The notes: a model not told the origin generated them from the sequence alone. A stretch of 54,376 bases of DNA from an uncultured virus (IMG/VR IMGVR_UViG_3300032295_003395) (IMGVR_UViG_3300032295_003395); one strand, 5' to 3'. Positions 9,028 through 20,848 are shown, counted from the first letter of the stretch. Numbers and translations are program-made.

Positions 9028-9727
9028 AGAAAAAAGAATAGTGAAAAATCCTATTAAATTTAAAATTCCTTTAAACGAAGAACAAAAAAACGCTAAAGAC
9101 GAAATATTAAAAAATACATTAACAATTTTGGCAGGTAGAGCTGGTAGTGGTAAAACATTACTAGCTTGTCAAATTGCCCTAGATGGTTTGTTAAGACGTC
9201 ATTACACTAAAATTATAATTACACGTCCAACAGTATCAAAAGAAGAAATCGGTTTCTTACCTGGTGACTTAAGAGAAAAAATGGACCCATGGATTCAACC
9301 AATTTATCAAAACATGTATGCTTTATATGATAAAGAAAAGGTTGAAAAATTAATCGCAGATGGTGCTATTGAAATTGTACCTTTAGCATTCATGAGAGGT
9401 AGAACATTTTTAGATTCATGTATTATTGTAGATGAAGCACAAAACGTTACTCATGAACAAATGGAAATGATTGCTACTCGTATTGGTTTACGTTCAAAAA
9501 TGATAGTATGTGGTGATGATCACCAAGTAGATTTAAAATCAAGACGCGATTCAGGATTTAGATTTTTATATACTGCAGCTCGTAAAGTTAAAAATATGGC
9601 GGCAATTACTTTAAAACAAAATCACCGAGATCCAATTGTAGATGATTTATTAGAAATCTATGAAGAAGCAGCTGAAATCGGAATTATAACAGGTTCAGCA
9701 GGAACAAGCGGAAAGTCTAAAAAATAG
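8993..9727 (+). CDS. phoH: PhoH family ATPase
   Basis: GRAGSGKT Walker A, ITRP, GFLPGDLREK, FMRGRTF, DEAQN, NHR. Confidence 0.95.
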   Translation: MASNHHTDEVFREKRIVKNPIKFKIPLNEEQKNAKDEILKNTLTILAGRAGSGKTLLACQIALDGLLRRHYTKIIITRPTVSKEEIGFLPGDLREKMDPWIQPIYQNMYALYDKEKVEKLIADGAIEIVPLAFMRGRTFLDSCIIVDEAQNVTHEQMEMIATRIGLRSKMIVCGDDHQVDLKSRRDSGFRFLYTAARKVKNMAAITLKQNHRDPIVDDLLEIYEEAAEIGIITGSAGTSGKSKK

Positions 9728-9747
9728 GAAGGAGCCATAGCTTTTTA

Positions 9748-9757
9748 ATATTTATTA
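9748..9757 (+). promoter_or_regulatory. Putative late promoter core inside the inverted repeat GCTTTTTA...TAAAAAGC (9740-9766)
   Basis: ATATTTATTA 9 nt before ATG 9767. Confidence 0.55.
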
Positions 9758-9766
9758 ATAAAAAGC

Positions 9767-10189
9767 ATGGCAACTTTCACCTCACAAATATTTGAGATAT
9801 TAACACTGAATGGGGATAACGTAGGGTCTTCTGTAACTCAAACAATTAACAATGTTAATTATGTTGATAATAGAATTTTAAGTGTACCAACAGGATCAGT
9901 TACAACATTATTTTCCATGGACTCAGTTCCTGGTGCTGGTACTTTTGTAACAAGTAGTGTACAATACGTTAGAGTAACTAACAATTCAACTGTTACTCCT
10001 ATTAAATTAATTATATCTTCTTCTACAGAAGCTATGAGTTATCTAATTGCTACTGGTAGTTCATATATGATGTCTACAAGTAAAATGACAGGAAGTACAA
10101 GTGGTTTATCTTTTAGTGATGTTAAATCTGTAAAAGTTCAACCTTCAAGCAGCGCTGCTAGTATAGAATATTATATTGTAACAACTTAA
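9767..10189 (+). CDS. Ser/Thr-rich beta protein, probable virion structural protein
   Basis: 140 aa, preceded by the late motif, adjacent to neck genes. Confidence 0.55.
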   Translation: MATFTSQIFEILTLNGDNVGSSVTQTINNVNYVDNRILSVPTGSVTTLFSMDSVPGAGTFVTSSVQYVRVTNNSTVTPIKLIISSSTEAMSYLIATGSSYMMSTSKMTGSTSGLSFSDVKSVKVQPSSSAASIEYYIVTT

Positions 10190-10198
10190 TAAAAAAAT

Positions 10199-11428
10199 AT
10201 GGCAAATATTCCAATATGGCCTGGCTCATCATCATTTGCAGCAGTATCTCAATCATACTATGTGACTGGTTCTTGGCCCCCACCAACTCCTTTTGGATTT
10301 TATGATACTGATACTCAATTCCAAACAGATGCTAATAAAGTAGCTAACTTTTGTGCATTGCGTTTAGGATATCCTATTGAAAACGTAGAATTACAAGATA
10401 TTAACTTTTGGGCTGGATTTGAAGAGGCTGTTACTATATATGGGAACGAATTATATGCTTTTCAAACCCGAGACAATTATTTATCTTTAGAAGGAGCATC
10501 AAATTCTGTAGATGTGAACACAGATGTAGTTACACCTACATTCTCTAGTATTGTTAGATTATCTCAACAATATGGTGAAGAAGCAGGAGCAGGAGGTAAT
10601 GTAACTTGGTATAAAGGCCAATTAGTTCTTCACCCAGGAGTACAAGATTATGATTTAGCTTTATGGGCTGAGGAAAATGGAATAGTAGGTGGTATTGAAA
10701 TAAAAAATGTATTTTACCAACCACCTCCGGCAATTAGTCAACTATATGCTCCTATGTTAGGAACAGGAGTAGGAAATGGTTTAGGAGGAGTACCTGCAGC
10801 TGGTGTATATGGTATGGGATACGGATATTCTAATTACTTAATGATGCCTACTAGTTTTACTATGCAAAACATTCAAGCAATTGAGATGAATAACACAGTA
10901 ACACTTTCAAATTATACATTTAATATAGTAAATAATATTATTTCAGTATTCCCAGTTCCTGGAACTGGTGATTTTGATTTAGGTATTGATGATGGTGGTG
11001 GTTTAGGATATGGACATTACTTAGTATTTGATTTTATTAAAGTTCAAGATAGAGTAGATGCTGCTTTTGCTAATGGAACTAATAAAATATCAAATACTTC
11101 TAACGTACCTTATCAAAACCCAACATATTCTCAAATTAATTCTATTGGTAGAAGTTGGATATTTGAATACACATTAGCTAAAGCTAAAGAAGTATTAGGA
11201 TTAGTAAGAAACAAATATGCTACAGTCCCTATTCCAGGTTCTGAAGTAACACTAAACGGTGATTCTTTAGTTTCATCAGCGGAAGCAGAAAAAGAAGCAT
11301 TAATAACAAGATTAAGAGAATATTTTGATCAAACTTCTCGTCAATCATTACTTGAAAGAAGAGCTGCAGAATCAGTAGCTCGTGTTGCTGAAATAAACCA
11401 AGTACCAATGACAATTTTTATAGGATAA
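10199..11428 (+). CDS. Neck protein (T4 gp13-like)
   Basis: LRLGYPIENVEL and WIFEYTLAKAKEVLGLVRNKY..IPGSEVTLNG motifs; gene position. Confidence 0.85.
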   Translation: MANIPIWPGSSSFAAVSQSYYVTGSWPPPTPFGFYDTDTQFQTDANKVANFCALRLGYPIENVELQDINFWAGFEEAVTIYGNELYAFQTRDNYLSLEGASNSVDVNTDVVTPTFSSIVRLSQQYGEEAGAGGNVTWYKGQLVLHPGVQDYDLALWAEENGIVGGIEIKNVFYQPPPAISQLYAPMLGTGVGNGLGGVPAAGVYGMGYGYSNYLMMPTSFTMQNIQAIEMNNTVTLSNYTFNIVNNIISVFPVPGTGDFDLGIDDGGGLGYGHYLVFDFIKVQDRVDAAFANGTNKISNTSNVPYQNPTYSQINSIGRSWIFEYTLAKAKEVLGLVRNKYATVPIPGSEVTLNGDSLVSSAEAEKEALITRLREYFDQTSRQSLLERRAAESVARVAEINQVPMTIFIG

Positions 11429-11429
11429 T

Positions 11430-12014
11430 ATGGCACTATACGGCGGATCAAGAGATATAAGTATGTTTCGAAGAGTCAACCGAGAGTTGATGGGAAATAT
11501 TATATCACAGGAAATTATATATTATAAATACAAAGTAGGTGAAACCAAAACAAACATGTATGGTGAAGCTGCTGAAGGAAGATACTTCGCAGATCCTGTA
11601 ATGCTATTTGCTTTGTTAGAAATTGGAGATACTACATCTCCCGTAAGTGATTTAGGTGTTGATTTTAATTGGCCTCTTACTGTTAGACTTTTAAGAGATG
11701 ATTTATTAAGTAAACTCAACCCAGCAAATCAGGGATCATTTGGAACATACCAAACCCCTTTTATCCAGTATGGAGCTGAAATCCATCCTGAAGTAGGAGA
11801 TATTATAGGATATCAAAATGGATATTGGGAAGTAGATAATACTAATATGACTCAATATTTTGTAGGTAAAGATCCTCAGTATCCTTATTATGATGCTGAT
11901 GGTCAAAACCCATTAAATCCTGGGTTAGAGGATTTTGGATATAATGTAGATGTAGAACTTACATGTCATTATGTACCATCAGATAGAGTAAATATAATAT
12001 TATCTAGAATGTAA
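11430..12014 (+). CDS. Neck/head-closure protein (T4 gp14-like)
   Basis: NMYGEA and PEVGDII..YWEV motifs; between gp13-like and gp15-like genes. Confidence 0.75.
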   Translation: MALYGGSRDISMFRRVNRELMGNIISQEIIYYKYKVGETKTNMYGEAAEGRYFADPVMLFALLEIGDTTSPVSDLGVDFNWPLTVRLLRDDLLSKLNPANQGSFGTYQTPFIQYGAEIHPEVGDIIGYQNGYWEVDNTNMTQYFVGKDPQYPYYDADGQNPLNPGLEDFGYNVDVELTCHYVPSDRVNIILSRM

Positions 12015-12967
12015 TGGCTACTAACAGATTAAACAAACCGACACCCAAGACGCAACGTGAAATTAGCGTCGAACAGCATAAATCAACGTATGTACCCGCG
12101 GGTAACCCGAATTACGCCGACCCTAATGTCCCTGGTGTTAATCGTGCGCTACAGACATCATTTCGTGATGACAATACAAAACCTTTTAGTATTGGTATTA
12201 AGGATATTGATGAAGCAGTATTTTATTATTTTGAAAATGTAATACAACCTTCCGTTTATCAAAACGGAGAACGTTTACCTGTTCCTATTGTTTATGGTTC
12301 TCAAGAAAAATGGAAATCATTTCAAAAAGACGGATATTATAGAGATCAAAATGGAAGAATTATGGCTCCATTAATTATGTTTAAACGTGAATCCATTACA
12401 AAAAATAGAAGTATAGGTAATAAATTAGACGCTAATAATCCTCACAATTATAGTGTCTCTCAGAAAAAATATGATGCTAGAAATTCATATGATAACTTTA
12501 AAGTATTAACAAATAGAATTCCTGAAAAGCAATTTTATGCTACTGTAATTCCTGATTATGTTACTATAGAATATACATGTATTGTATTTACTTATTATGT
12601 TGAACAACTTAATAAAATAGTAGAAGCTATTGGATATGCATCTGATGCGTATTGGGGTGATCCTGAACGTTTTAAATTTAAAGCATTAATTGATTCATTT
12701 GGATTCCAAACGGAACTAACTCAAGACGATGAACGTGTTGTAAGAAGTACATTTAATATAAGATTAAATGGATATATTGTTCCTGATATATTACAAAAAG
12801 ATATAAATTCAATTAAAAAATTCTCAGATACAACAAAAATTATATTTTCAGTTGAAGCTTCTTCAAACAGTGTCTTATATGATGGTCAAGATAATGGCAA
12901 TGGTTCAATCACAACTCCAGAGACAATAAGATCTCTAGAAGTTAAGAAAAAAGTAAATGCAATATAA
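12014..12967 (+). CDS. Tail terminator/sheath stabiliser (T4 gp15-like)
   Basis: VPIVYGSQEKW, PLIMFKR and QLNKIVE motifs. Confidence 0.8.
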   Translation: MATNRLNKPTPKTQREISVEQHKSTYVPAGNPNYADPNVPGVNRALQTSFRDDNTKPFSIGIKDIDEAVFYYFENVIQPSVYQNGERLPVPIVYGSQEKWKSFQKDGYYRDQNGRIMAPLIMFKRESITKNRSIGNKLDANNPHNYSVSQKKYDARNSYDNFKVLTNRIPEKQFYATVIPDYVTIEYTCIVFTYYVEQLNKIVEAIGYASDAYWGDPERFKFKALIDSFGFQTELTQDDERVVRSTFNIRLNGYIVPDILQKDINSIKKFSDTTKIIFSVEASSNSVLYDGQDNGNGSITTPETIRSLEVKKKVNAI

Positions 12968-12976
12968 TCTTTTACC

Positions 12977-12986
12977 ATATTTATAT
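12977..12986 (+). promoter_or_regulatory. Putative late promoter core ATATTTATAT
   Basis: Intergenic, 17 nt before ATG 13004. Confidence 0.6.
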
Positions 12987-13003
12987 AAGATAAACACTAA
13001 AGA

Positions 13004-16000
13004 ATGGCTCAAGTAAGATTCCTAGACCAGGTTCCGGTAGGCGTATATAATGTAGATCCCACAGGTGGTGGTGGGGGTACTATCGATATTTACCAAAATG
13101 GTACATTAGTAAGTTCTAGTGTACCTTATATAAACATTAGCGGTTCAGCAACCGTTTCGGGATTTGCTCCTTTAGGAACTAATGATGGTGTTACTATATT
13201 TGTTCAAGGAGTTGGTTTTCCTTTTTCAGGATCTGCTGTAATTACAGGTTCATTAGTAATCTCAGGATCATCTCAACCAATTGTATTACAAACTCTCCCA
13301 GTACAAGCTGGTCCATATGTTGTAACCTATAATCCAGTTACAGGAGTAGTAGGATATGTAAATTCAACTTCAGGAACAAGTGGTGTTAGTGGTACTAGTG
13401 GAACAGCAGGTATTGCTGGTACTTCAGGTACAGCAGGTTCATCAGGAACTAATGGTTCTTCAGGTGTTGCTGGAAATTCAGGAGCAAGTGAAACAAGTGG
13501 TACCTCAGGTACAACTGGTACAAATGGTTCTAGTGGAAATGCTGGAAATAGTGGTTTATCTTCTACCTCAGGAACTTCAGGTTCAACAGGAACTAATGGT
13601 TCAAGTGGTATAGATGGTAATAGTGGAGAATCAAAAACAAGTGGAACTAGTGGTACTACAGGTACTAATGGTTCATCTGGAGATGCTGGAAATAGTGGTT
13701 TAAGTAATACAAGTGGAACAAGTGGTTCTACAGGAACTTCAGGTTCAACAGGTAATGCAGGAACATCTGGAGAAAGTGTAACTAGTGGAACCTCAGGTTC
13801 AACAGGTACAAATGGTTCAACGGGTAATGCTGGTAATTCAGGAGCTTCTGCTTTAAGTGGAACTTCAGGAACTTCAGGTTCAGTTGGTTCATCAGGAGAT
13901 GTAGGTACAAATGGTACAAGTACATTAAGTGGCACTTCAGGTTCATCAGGAACAAATGGTTCATCCGGGGATGCTGGAAATAGTGGTGCAAGTGCTTTAA
14001 GTGGTACATCAGGTACCTCAGGTTCAAATGGTTCCTCAGGAAATGCTGGAAATAGTGGACTATCATCAACATCAGGAACTTCAGGATCAACTGGTACAAA
14101 TGGATCAAGTGGTGATGCTGGAAACTCAGGTGCAAGTGCTTTAAGTGGTACATCAGGTACTTCAGGTTCAAATGGTTCATCAGGAGACGCTGGTACTTCA
14201 GGTTTAAGTAATACAAGTGGTACCTCAGGTTCAACAGGAACTAATGGTTCAAGTGGAAATGCTGGAAACAGTGGAGCTTCTGCTTTATCAGGTACTTCAG
14301 GTTCAACAGGTTCATCAGGTTCTAGCGGTAATGCTGGAAATGATGGTACTTCAAATATAAGTGGCACTTCAGGTACATCAGGTTCAAACGGTAGTGCAGG
14401 TGATGCTGGAAATAGCGGTTTAAGTTCAACTTCCGGTACTTCAGGTTCAACAGGTACTAATGGTTCCTCAGGTAATGCTGGAAACTCAGGTGCAAGTGCT
14501 TTAAGTGGTACTTCAGGTACCTCAGGTTCAAATGGTTCCTCAGGAGATGCCGGAACTTCAGGAATTAGTTCAACAAGTGGTAGTTCAGGTTCTTCAGGTT
14601 CAAATGGTAGTAGTGGTGCTGCAGGTAATAGTGGCACTTCAGATATAAGTGGTACATCAGGTACATCAGGTTCAAATGGTAGTAATGGTATTGCTGGAAA
14701 CAGCGGTACTTCAGATATAAGTGGTACATCAGGTACATCAGGTTCAAATGGTTCCTCAGGTAATGCTGGTGATTCAGGAGCAAGTGCATTAAGTGGTACT
14801 TCAGGTTCATCAGGATCAAATGGATCAAATGGAGTTGCTGGTAACAATGGAACTTCTGAAATAAGTGGAACTAGTGGTACTTCAGGTTCAAATGGTTCCT
14901 CAGGAGATGCCGGTACTTCAGGAATTAGTTCAACAAGTGGTAGTTCCGGTACAACAGGTACAAACGGTTCAACAGGTAATGCTGGAAATTCAGGTGCTTC
15001 AGCATTGAGTGGTACTTCAGGTTCAAGTGGTTCAAACGGTTCAAATGGTAATGCGGGGAATGATGGTACTTCAAATATAAGTGGCACTTCAGGTACATCA
15101 GGTTCAAACGGGTCATCGGGAGATGCTGGTAACTCAGGTGCTTCAGCATTAAGCGGAACTTCAGGTTCATCAGGAACTAACGGTTCATCAGGAGCAGCAG
15201 GTAATGCTGGTACTTCAGGAGCAAGTGCAACTTCAGGTACATCGGGTTCTACAGGAACTAACGGTTCATCAGGAGATGCCGGTACTTCAGGAGCAAGTGC
15301 AACCTCAGGTACTTCAGGTTCATCAGGAACTAACGGTTCATCAGGAGCAGCAGGTAATTCAGGAATAAGTGCAACTTCAGGAACCAGTGGTTCCTCAGGT
15401 TCAAATGGTTCATCAGGAAATGCTGGTAACTCAGGTGCTTCAGCATTGAGTGGAACATCAGGTTCTACAGGTTCAAATGGTTCATCAGGTGCAACAGGAA
15501 ATGCGGGTACTTCAGGTGAAAGTGGTACTTCAGGTACAACAGGAACAAATGGTTCTTCAGGGGCTAGTGGAAATAACGGAACATCAGGAGCAAGTGCAAC
15601 CTCAGGAACTTCAGGTTCAACTGGTACTAATGGTTCATCAGGTGATGCTGGAAATAGTGGATTGTCATCAACCTCAGGTACTTCAGGTTCAACAGGAACT
15701 AATGGTTCAACAGGAAATGCTGGAACTAGTGGTTTAAGTGCAACTTCAGGAACAAGTGGTTCATCAGGTTTAAATGGGTTTAATGGTGTAAATGGATTAA
15801 GTGGATCTTCAGGTTCTACAGGTTCAAATGGTTCATCAGGAGACGCTGGTACTTCAGGTTTAAGTAATACAAGTGGTTCTTCAGGTTTATCAGGTTCAAA
15901 TGGTTCAACAGGTAATGCTGGTACATCAGGAGCTAGTGCAACAAGTGGTACATCAGGTTCTACAGGTACAAATGGTAGTACAGGTAATGCTGGTAATTCA

Positions 16001-19000
16001 GGTGCTTCAGCATTAAGCGGAACTTCAGGTTCTACAGGTTCAAACGGTTCAAACGGTAACGCAGGTAATAGCGGTACTTCAAATATAAGTGGTACATCAG
16101 GTACTTCAGGTTCAAACGGTTCTAGTGGAAATGCAGGTGCCGCTGGAAATTCAGGTGCAAGTGCAACTTCAGGAACCAGTGGTTCAACAGGAACTAATGG
16201 TTCATCAGGAGCAGCAGGTAATGCTGGTACTTCAGGAGCAAGTGCAACTAGTGGAACAAGTGGTTCAACAGGAACTAATGGTTCAAGTGGAAATGCTGGA
16301 AATTCAGGTGCAAGCGCTTTAAGCGGTACATCAGGTACTTCAGGTTCAAACGGTACTTCAGGTGATGCTGGTACAACAGGTTTAAGTAGAAGTTCAGGTT
16401 CATCAGGTTCTACAGGAACATCAGGTTCATCAGGAGATATTGATTTAAGTATTTCAGGTTTAAGTAGAAGTTCAGGTTCATCAGGTTCATCAGGAACTTC
16501 AGGTTCATCAGGAGCAGCTGGAAATAGTGGATCAAGTAATACTACAGGTACTTCTGGTTCATCAGGTACTAATGGTTCTACAGGAGATGCTGGTACATCA
16601 GGTTTAAGCCAATTGTCAGGTACTTCAGGTTCATCAGGTACTAATGGTTCTACAGGAAATGCAGGTAATAGCGGTACTTCAAATATAAGTGGTACATCAG
16701 GTACTTCAGGTTCAGCAGGTACAACAGGAGCTGCTGGTTCTAATGGTTTAAGTCAATTATCAGGAACTTCAGGTTCATCAGGAACAAATGGTTCAACAGG
16801 TAATGCTGGTAATTCAGGATCTTCAACAACTTCAGGTACTTCAGGTTCAACTGGTACTAATGGTTCGAATGGAAACGCTGGTAATTCAGGTGCTTCAGCA
16901 TTAAGTGGAACTAGTGGTACATCAGGATCTAATGGTTCTAATGGTGATGCTGGTATAGCTGGAAATAGTGGAGCAAGCGCAACTTCAGGAACAAGTGGTT
17001 CAACTGGAACTAACGGTTCATCAGGTGCTGCAGGAAATAGTGGAGCAAGTGCTCTATCAGGAACTTCAGGTTCATCAGGAACAAACGGTTCAAATGGTAT
17101 TTCAGGTGCTGCTGGAACTAGTGGTGCAAGTGCAACAAGCGGAACTTCAGGTTCAACTGGTACTAACGGTTCAAGTGGAAATACTGGAAACAGCGGTGCA
17201 TCTGCTTTAAGTGGAACTAGCGGAACTTCAGGTTCAAATGGTTCTAATGGTGCTGCTGGAAACAGCGGTACTTCAAATATAAGTGGAACTTCAGGTTCTA
17301 CAGGTTCATCAGGTTCAAACGGTGATGCAGGTGCTAATGGTACTTCAAATATAAGTGGTACATCAGGTACAAGTGGTTCAACTGGTACTAGCGGTTCCTC
17401 AGGTGATACAAGTAATTCAGGATCAAGTAGAACTTCAGGATCTTCAGGTTCATCAGGTACTTCAGGTTCATCAGGTAATGCAGGAAACTCAGGTGCAAGT
17501 GCAATATCAGGTACTTCAGGTTCAAGCGGTTCAAATGGTTCAAATGGTGATGCAGGAAACTCAGGAGCTTCAGCATTAAGTGGTACTAGTGGAACTTCAG
17601 GTTCAAATGGTAGTAATGGTGCTGCAGGTGCTAATGGTACTTCAAATGTAAGTGGAACTAGCGGAACTTCAGGTTCAAATGGTTCAAATGGAAATGCAGG
17701 TGCAGCAGGAACATCAGGTTTAAGTGCAACCAGTGGAACAAGCGGTTCAACAGGATCTAATGGTTCATCAGGAAATGCTGGTAACTCAGGAGTTAGTGCA
17801 TTAAGTGGAACTAGTGGAACTAGTGGTTCAACAGGAACTTCAGGTTCTGCAGGTGCAGCAGGAAATAGTGGTGCATCTGCTTTAAGCGGTACTTCAGGTT
17901 CAAGCGGTTCAAATGGTTCAAATGGTGATGCAGGAAACTCAGGCACATCAAATATAAGTGGTACTTCAGGTACTACAGGATCTAATGGTTCATCAGGTAA
18001 TGCTGGTGTAGCAGGAAATAGCGGTTTAAGTGCAACAAGTGGAACTAGTGGTTCAACTGGTACAAATGGTTCTTCAGGAAATGCTGGAAATTCAGGAGTA
18101 AGTGCATTAAGTGGAACTTCAGGAACTTCAGGATCAAATGGTTCAAATGGTGCCGCTGGTGTAGCCGGAAACAGTGGTTTAAGCGCAACTTCAGGTACAA
18201 CTGGTTCTTCAGGTTCATCAGGAAATGCAGGTATAGCAGGAAACTCAGGTGCAAGTGCAACTTCAGGAACTAGTGGTTCTACAGGAACCTCAGGTTCAGC
18301 AGGTGTAGCAGGAAACTCAGGTGCTTCAGCATTAAGTGGAACTAGTGGTACATCAGGATCTAATGGTTCATCAGGTAATGCAGGTGCAGCTGGAAATTCA
18401 GGTTTAAGCGCAACAAGTGGAACAAGTGGTTCTACAGGATCTAACGGTTCATCAGGTAACGCAGGTAATAGTGGTGCTTCTTCAATAAGCGGAACTAGTG
18501 GTTCAACAGGTTCAAATGGTTCATCAGGAGGTGCAGCAGTAGCAGGTGTAAGTACAATAAGTGCTACTTCAGGTTCAACAGGTTCTTCCGGTTCAAATGG
18601 AGCTGCAGGTGTAGCTGGAAACAGTGGTTTAAGTGCAACTTCAGGTACAACTGGTTCATCAGGTTCAAGTGGTAACAATGGTAACAATGGAAACTCAGGA
18701 AATTCAGGAGTATCAGGAACTTCAGGTTCAACAGGATCTAATGGTTCATCAGGAGGTGCAGCAGTAGCAGGTGTAAGTACAATAAGTGCTACTTCAGGTT
18801 CAACAGGTTCTTCCGGTTCAAATGGAGTTGCTGGTAACTCAGGAAATTCAGGAGTATCAGGAGTAAGTGGAACTTCAGGTTCAACAGGATCTAATGGTTC
18901 ATCTGGTAATTCAGGAAACAATGGTGCTTCAGGAAACTCAGGAGTAAGTGGTACTTCAGGTTCAACAGGTTCTTCAGGTTCTTCAGGTAATTCAGGTAAC

Positions 19001-20809
19001 TCAGGTAACTCAGGAAACTCAGGAGTAAGTGGTACTTCAGGTTCAAACGGTTCAAATGGTAATAACGGAGGTAACGGAAACTCAGGAAATTCAGGAGTAT
19101 CAGGAACCAACGGTTCAAATGGATCAAACGGAAATGCAGGTAACTCAGGAAACTCAGGAATATCAGGTACTACAGGTTCAAATGGATCAAATGGTAACAA
19201 CGGTAACGCAGGAAACTCAGGTAACTCAGGAGTAAGCGGAACAAACGGTTCATCAGGTTCAAACGGAAACTCAGGAAACTCAGGTAACTCAGGAGTAAGT
19301 GGTACTACAGGTTCAAATGGATCAAATGGTAACAACGGTAACGCAGGAAACTCAGGTAACTCAGGAATAAGTGGTACAAATGGTTCTAATGGATCAAACG
19401 GTAATAGTGGAAACGCTGGAAATTCAGGAGCAAGTGCAGTAAGTGGCACTTCAGGTTCATCAGGTTCAGCAGGTTCTAGCGGTATCACTGGTGGAAATGG
19501 AATAAGTGCAGTATCAGGAACTAATGGTTCATCAGGATCAAATGGTGACAACGGTAACGCAGGAAACTCAGGAAATTCAGGAGTAAGTGGTACAAACGGT
19601 TCAAATGGATCAAACGGTAATAACGGAGGTAACGGAGCTTCAGGAAACTCAGGAATATCAGGAACTTCAGGTTCAAATGGTTCAAGTGGAAACTCAGGTA
19701 ATTCAGGTAAGTCAGGTAACTCAGGAGTATCAGGAACTACTGGTTCAAGTGGATCAAACGGTAACAACGGAGGTAACGGAGCTTCAGGAAACTCAGGAGT
19801 ATCAGGTACTACAGGTTCAAATGGATCATCAGGAAATAACGGAAATTCAGGAAACAATGGAAACTCAGGAAACTCAGGAATAAGTGGTACTACAGGTTCT
19901 AACGGATCAAACGGTAACAACGGAAATAACGGAGCTTCAGGATTATCAGGAGTAAGTGGAACCAATGGTTCATCAGGTTCAAATGGTAATAGCGGTAATA
20001 ACGGTGCTAGTGGTGCAAGCGGTACTTCAGGTCAAAACGGAACTAACGGAACAACAGGTGTAGCAGGTACAAGTGGTCAATCAATAAATGGTACCTCAGG
20101 TATTAGTGGTGGTGTGTTTACAAATCAACCTAACTACTTAGTAAGAACTACAAGTACAACAACAGTACAATCTGTATCATTCTTATATGCTGATGTTACA
20201 AACAGTAGATTAGGTATTAACACTGTAAGCCCAGGTAGATTATTAGATGTAAATGGAGAAGTAAGTTTCTCAAGTGATTTTGTATACTGGGACCCAGTAA
20301 ATGATTCATTAACAGCTGGTAACATAGCACTTGCTAACTCAGCAGCAACATCAAAACCATTCCCAGGACATTCTTCTTTAATTAATTTAAATGGATGGGG
20401 AGCAGGAGATTATTTCCAAGGAACAGTACTTACCAATGTATTAGCAGATTCAGCATTAAGTGTAGGTCAATTAGTATACTATAGAGGTGGTACTGGTAGA
20501 TGGGCTTTAGCAGATGCTAGTGCAGGTTCAACAACAGATTTTGTATTAGGAATTGCCTTAAAGGCATCCATAGCATCCGGAAACGAAATTGCAGTATTAA
20601 TTGATGGTGTATATACTACTACATTCACAGATGGTATTACAACAATAGGAGACCCAGTTTATGTATCTGAAACAACAGGAAATGTTACAGCAAACGCACC
20701 AACAACATCAGCTAGTATTGTAAGAGGAGTAGGACAAGTAATAGGAAATAACGGAACTACATACTATATAAACTTTAGACCAGATACAATTTATTTTGTT
20801 AACGGATAA
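13004..20809 (+). CDS. Giant Gly-X-X repeat (Ser/Thr/Asn/Ala) fibre-like virion protein, 2601 aa
   Basis: About 120-aa N-domain, about 2250 aa of GXX repeats, a [15 protein letters not shown] fibre motif and a small C-terminal beta domain. Late motif upstream; lies between neck and tail genes. Confidence 0.8.
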   Translation: MAQVRFLDQVPVGVYNVDPTGGGGGTIDIYQNGTLVSSSVPYINISGSATVSGFAPLGTNDGVTIFVQGVGFPFSGSAVITGSLVISGSSQPIVLQTLPVQAGPYVVTYNPVTGVVGYVNSTSGTSGVSGTSGTAGIAGTSGTAGSSGTNGSSGVAGNSGASETSGTSGTTGTNGSSGNAGNSGLSSTSGTSGSTGTNGSSGIDGNSGESKTSGTSGTTGTNGSSGDAGNSGLSNTSGTSGSTGTSGSTGNAGTSGESVTSGTSGSTGTNGSTGNAGNSGASALSGTSGTSGSVGSSGDVGTNGTSTLSGTSGSSGTNGSSGDAGNSGASALSGTSGTSGSNGSSGNAGNSGLSSTSGTSGSTGTNGSSGDAGNSGASALSGTSGTSGSNGSSGDAGTSGLSNTSGTSGSTGTNGSSGNAGNSGASALSGTSGSTGSSGSSGNAGNDGTSNISGTSGTSGSNGSAGDAGNSGLSSTSGTSGSTGTNGSSGNAGNSGASALSGTSGTSGSNGSSGDAGTSGISSTSGSSGSSGSNGSSGAAGNSGTSDISGTSGTSGSNGSNGIAGNSGTSDISGTSGTSGSNGSSGNAGDSGASALSGTSGSSGSNGSNGVAGNNGTSEISGTSGTSGSNGSSGDAGTSGISSTSGSSGTTGTNGSTGNAGNSGASALSGTSGSSGSNGSNGNAGNDGTSNISGTSGTSGSNGSSGDAGNSGASALSGTSGSSGTNGSSGAAGNAGTSGASATSGTSGSTGTNGSSGDAGTSGASATSGTSGSSGTNGSSGAAGNSGISATSGTSGSSGSNGSSGNAGNSGASALSGTSGSTGSNGSSGATGNAGTSGESGTSGTTGTNGSSGASGNNGTSGASATSGTSGSTGTNGSSGDAGNSGLSSTSGTSGSTGTNGSTGNAGTSGLSATSGTSGSSGLNGFNGVNGLSGSSGSTGSNGSSGDAGTSGLSNTSGSSGLSGSNGSTGNAGTSGASATSGTSGSTGTNGSTGNAGNSGASALSGTSGSTGSNGSNGNAGNSGTSNISGTSGTSGSNGSSGNAGAAGNSGASATSGTSGSTGTNGSSGAAGNAGTSGASATSGTSGSTGTNGSSGNAGNSGASALSGTSGTSGSNGTSGDAGTTGLSRSSGSSGSTGTSGSSGDIDLSISGLSRSSGSSGSSGTSGSSGAAGNSGSSNTTGTSGSSGTNGSTGDAGTSGLSQLSGTSGSSGTNGSTGNAGNSGTSNISGTSGTSGSAGTTGAAGSNGLSQLSGTSGSSGTNGSTGNAGNSGSSTTSGTSGSTGTNGSNGNAGNSGASALSGTSGTSGSNGSNGDAGIAGNSGASATSGTSGSTGTNGSSGAAGNSGASALSGTSGSSGTNGSNGISGAAGTSGASATSGTSGSTGTNGSSGNTGNSGASALSGTSGTSGSNGSNGAAGNSGTSNISGTSGSTGSSGSNGDAGANGTSNISGTSGTSGSTGTSGSSGDTSNSGSSRTSGSSGSSGTSGSSGNAGNSGASAISGTSGSSGSNGSNGDAGNSGASALSGTSGTSGSNGSNGAAGANGTSNVSGTSGTSGSNGSNGNAGAAGTSGLSATSGTSGSTGSNGSSGNAGNSGVSALSGTSGTSGSTGTSGSAGAAGNSGASALSGTSGSSGSNGSNGDAGNSGTSNISGTSGTTGSNGSSGNAGVAGNSGLSATSGTSGSTGTNGSSGNAGNSGVSALSGTSGTSGSNGSNGAAGVAGNSGLSATSGTTGSSGSSGNAGIAGNSGASATSGTSGSTGTSGSAGVAGNSGASALSGTSGTSGSNGSSGNAGAAGNSGLSATSGTSGSTGSNGSSGNAGNSGASSISGTSGSTGSNGSSGGAAVAGVSTISATSGSTGSSGSNGAAGVAGNSGLSATSGTTGSSGSSGNNGNNGNSGNSGVSGTSGSTGSNGSSGGAAVAGVSTISATSGSTGSSGSNGVAGNSGNSGVSGVSGTSGSTGSNGSSGNSGNNGASGNSGVSGTSGSTGSSGSSGNSGNSGNSGNSGVSGTSGSNGSNGNNGGNGNSGNSGVSGTNGSNGSNGNAGNSGNSGISGTTGSNGSNGNNGNAGNSGNSGVSGTNGSSGSNGNSGNSGNSGVSGTTGSNGSNGNNGNAGNSGNSGISGTNGSNGSNGNSGNAGNSGASAVSGTSGSSGSAGSSGITGGNGISAVSGTNGSSGSNGDNGNAGNSGNSGVSGTNGSNGSNGNNGGNGASGNSGISGTSGSNGSSGNSGNSGKSGNSGVSGTTGSSGSNGNNGGNGASGNSGVSGTTGSNGSSGNNGNSGNNGNSGNSGISGTTGSNGSNGNNGNNGASGLSGVSGTNGSSGSNGNSGNNGASGASGTSGQNGTNGTTGVAGTSGQSINGTSGISGGVFTNQPNYLVRTTSTTTVQSVSFLYADVTNSRLGINTVSPGRLLDVNGEVSFSSDFVYWDPVNDSLTAGNIALANSAATSKPFPGHSSLINLNGWGAGDYFQGTVLTNVLADSALSVGQLVYYRGGTGRWALADASAGSTTDFVLGIALKASIASGNEIAVLIDGVYTTTFTDGITTIGDPVYVSETTGNVTANAPTTSASIVRGVGQVIGNNGTTYYINFRPDTIYFVNG
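13370..20113 (+). repeat. Coding GXX low-complexity tandem repeat region
   Basis: Near-continuous GGN at every third codon; recurring units such as [24 protein letters not shown]. Confidence 0.95.
18515..18827 (+). repeat. Exact 88-bp direct repeat (18515-18602 and 18740-18827)
   Basis: Identical AATGGTTCATCAGGAGGTGCAGCAGTAGCAGG...TCAAATGGAG copies, offset 225 nt. Confidence 0.85.
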
Positions 20810-20815
20810 TAATAA

Positions 20816-20848
20816 TTTGGTACTTTAGGTAATTTTACGTATATTTAT
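20816..20848 (+). promoter_or_regulatory. TTTGG-N19-TATATTTA promoter for the glycosyltransferase operon
   Basis: One of six copies with identical 19-nt spacing; also contains the ATATTTAT core. Confidence 0.7.

Noticed and set aside
9680..9727. PhoH C-terminal ITGSAGTSG resembling the fibre repeat
   Set aside because: Too short to distinguish from a chance low-complexity tail.
13327..19965. Long minus-strand Pro/Glu-rich ORFs (586 aa and 1070 aa) and short alternative-frame ORFs
   Set aside because: Antisense shadows of the GGN/TCA/ACT codon repeat, which lacks stops in that reverse frame; no independent start or promoter signals.
13370..20113. CRISPR array or DGR-like repeats
   Set aside because: Repeats are in-frame, vary at synonymous positions and have no unique spacers; no reverse transcriptase or adenine-specific TR/VR pair is evident.
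13370..20113. Dense N-G-S/T sequons as evidence of N-glycosylation
   Set aside because: Expected from GXX composition; no HMW1C/GT41-like or oligosaccharyltransferase gene is recognisable in the window.
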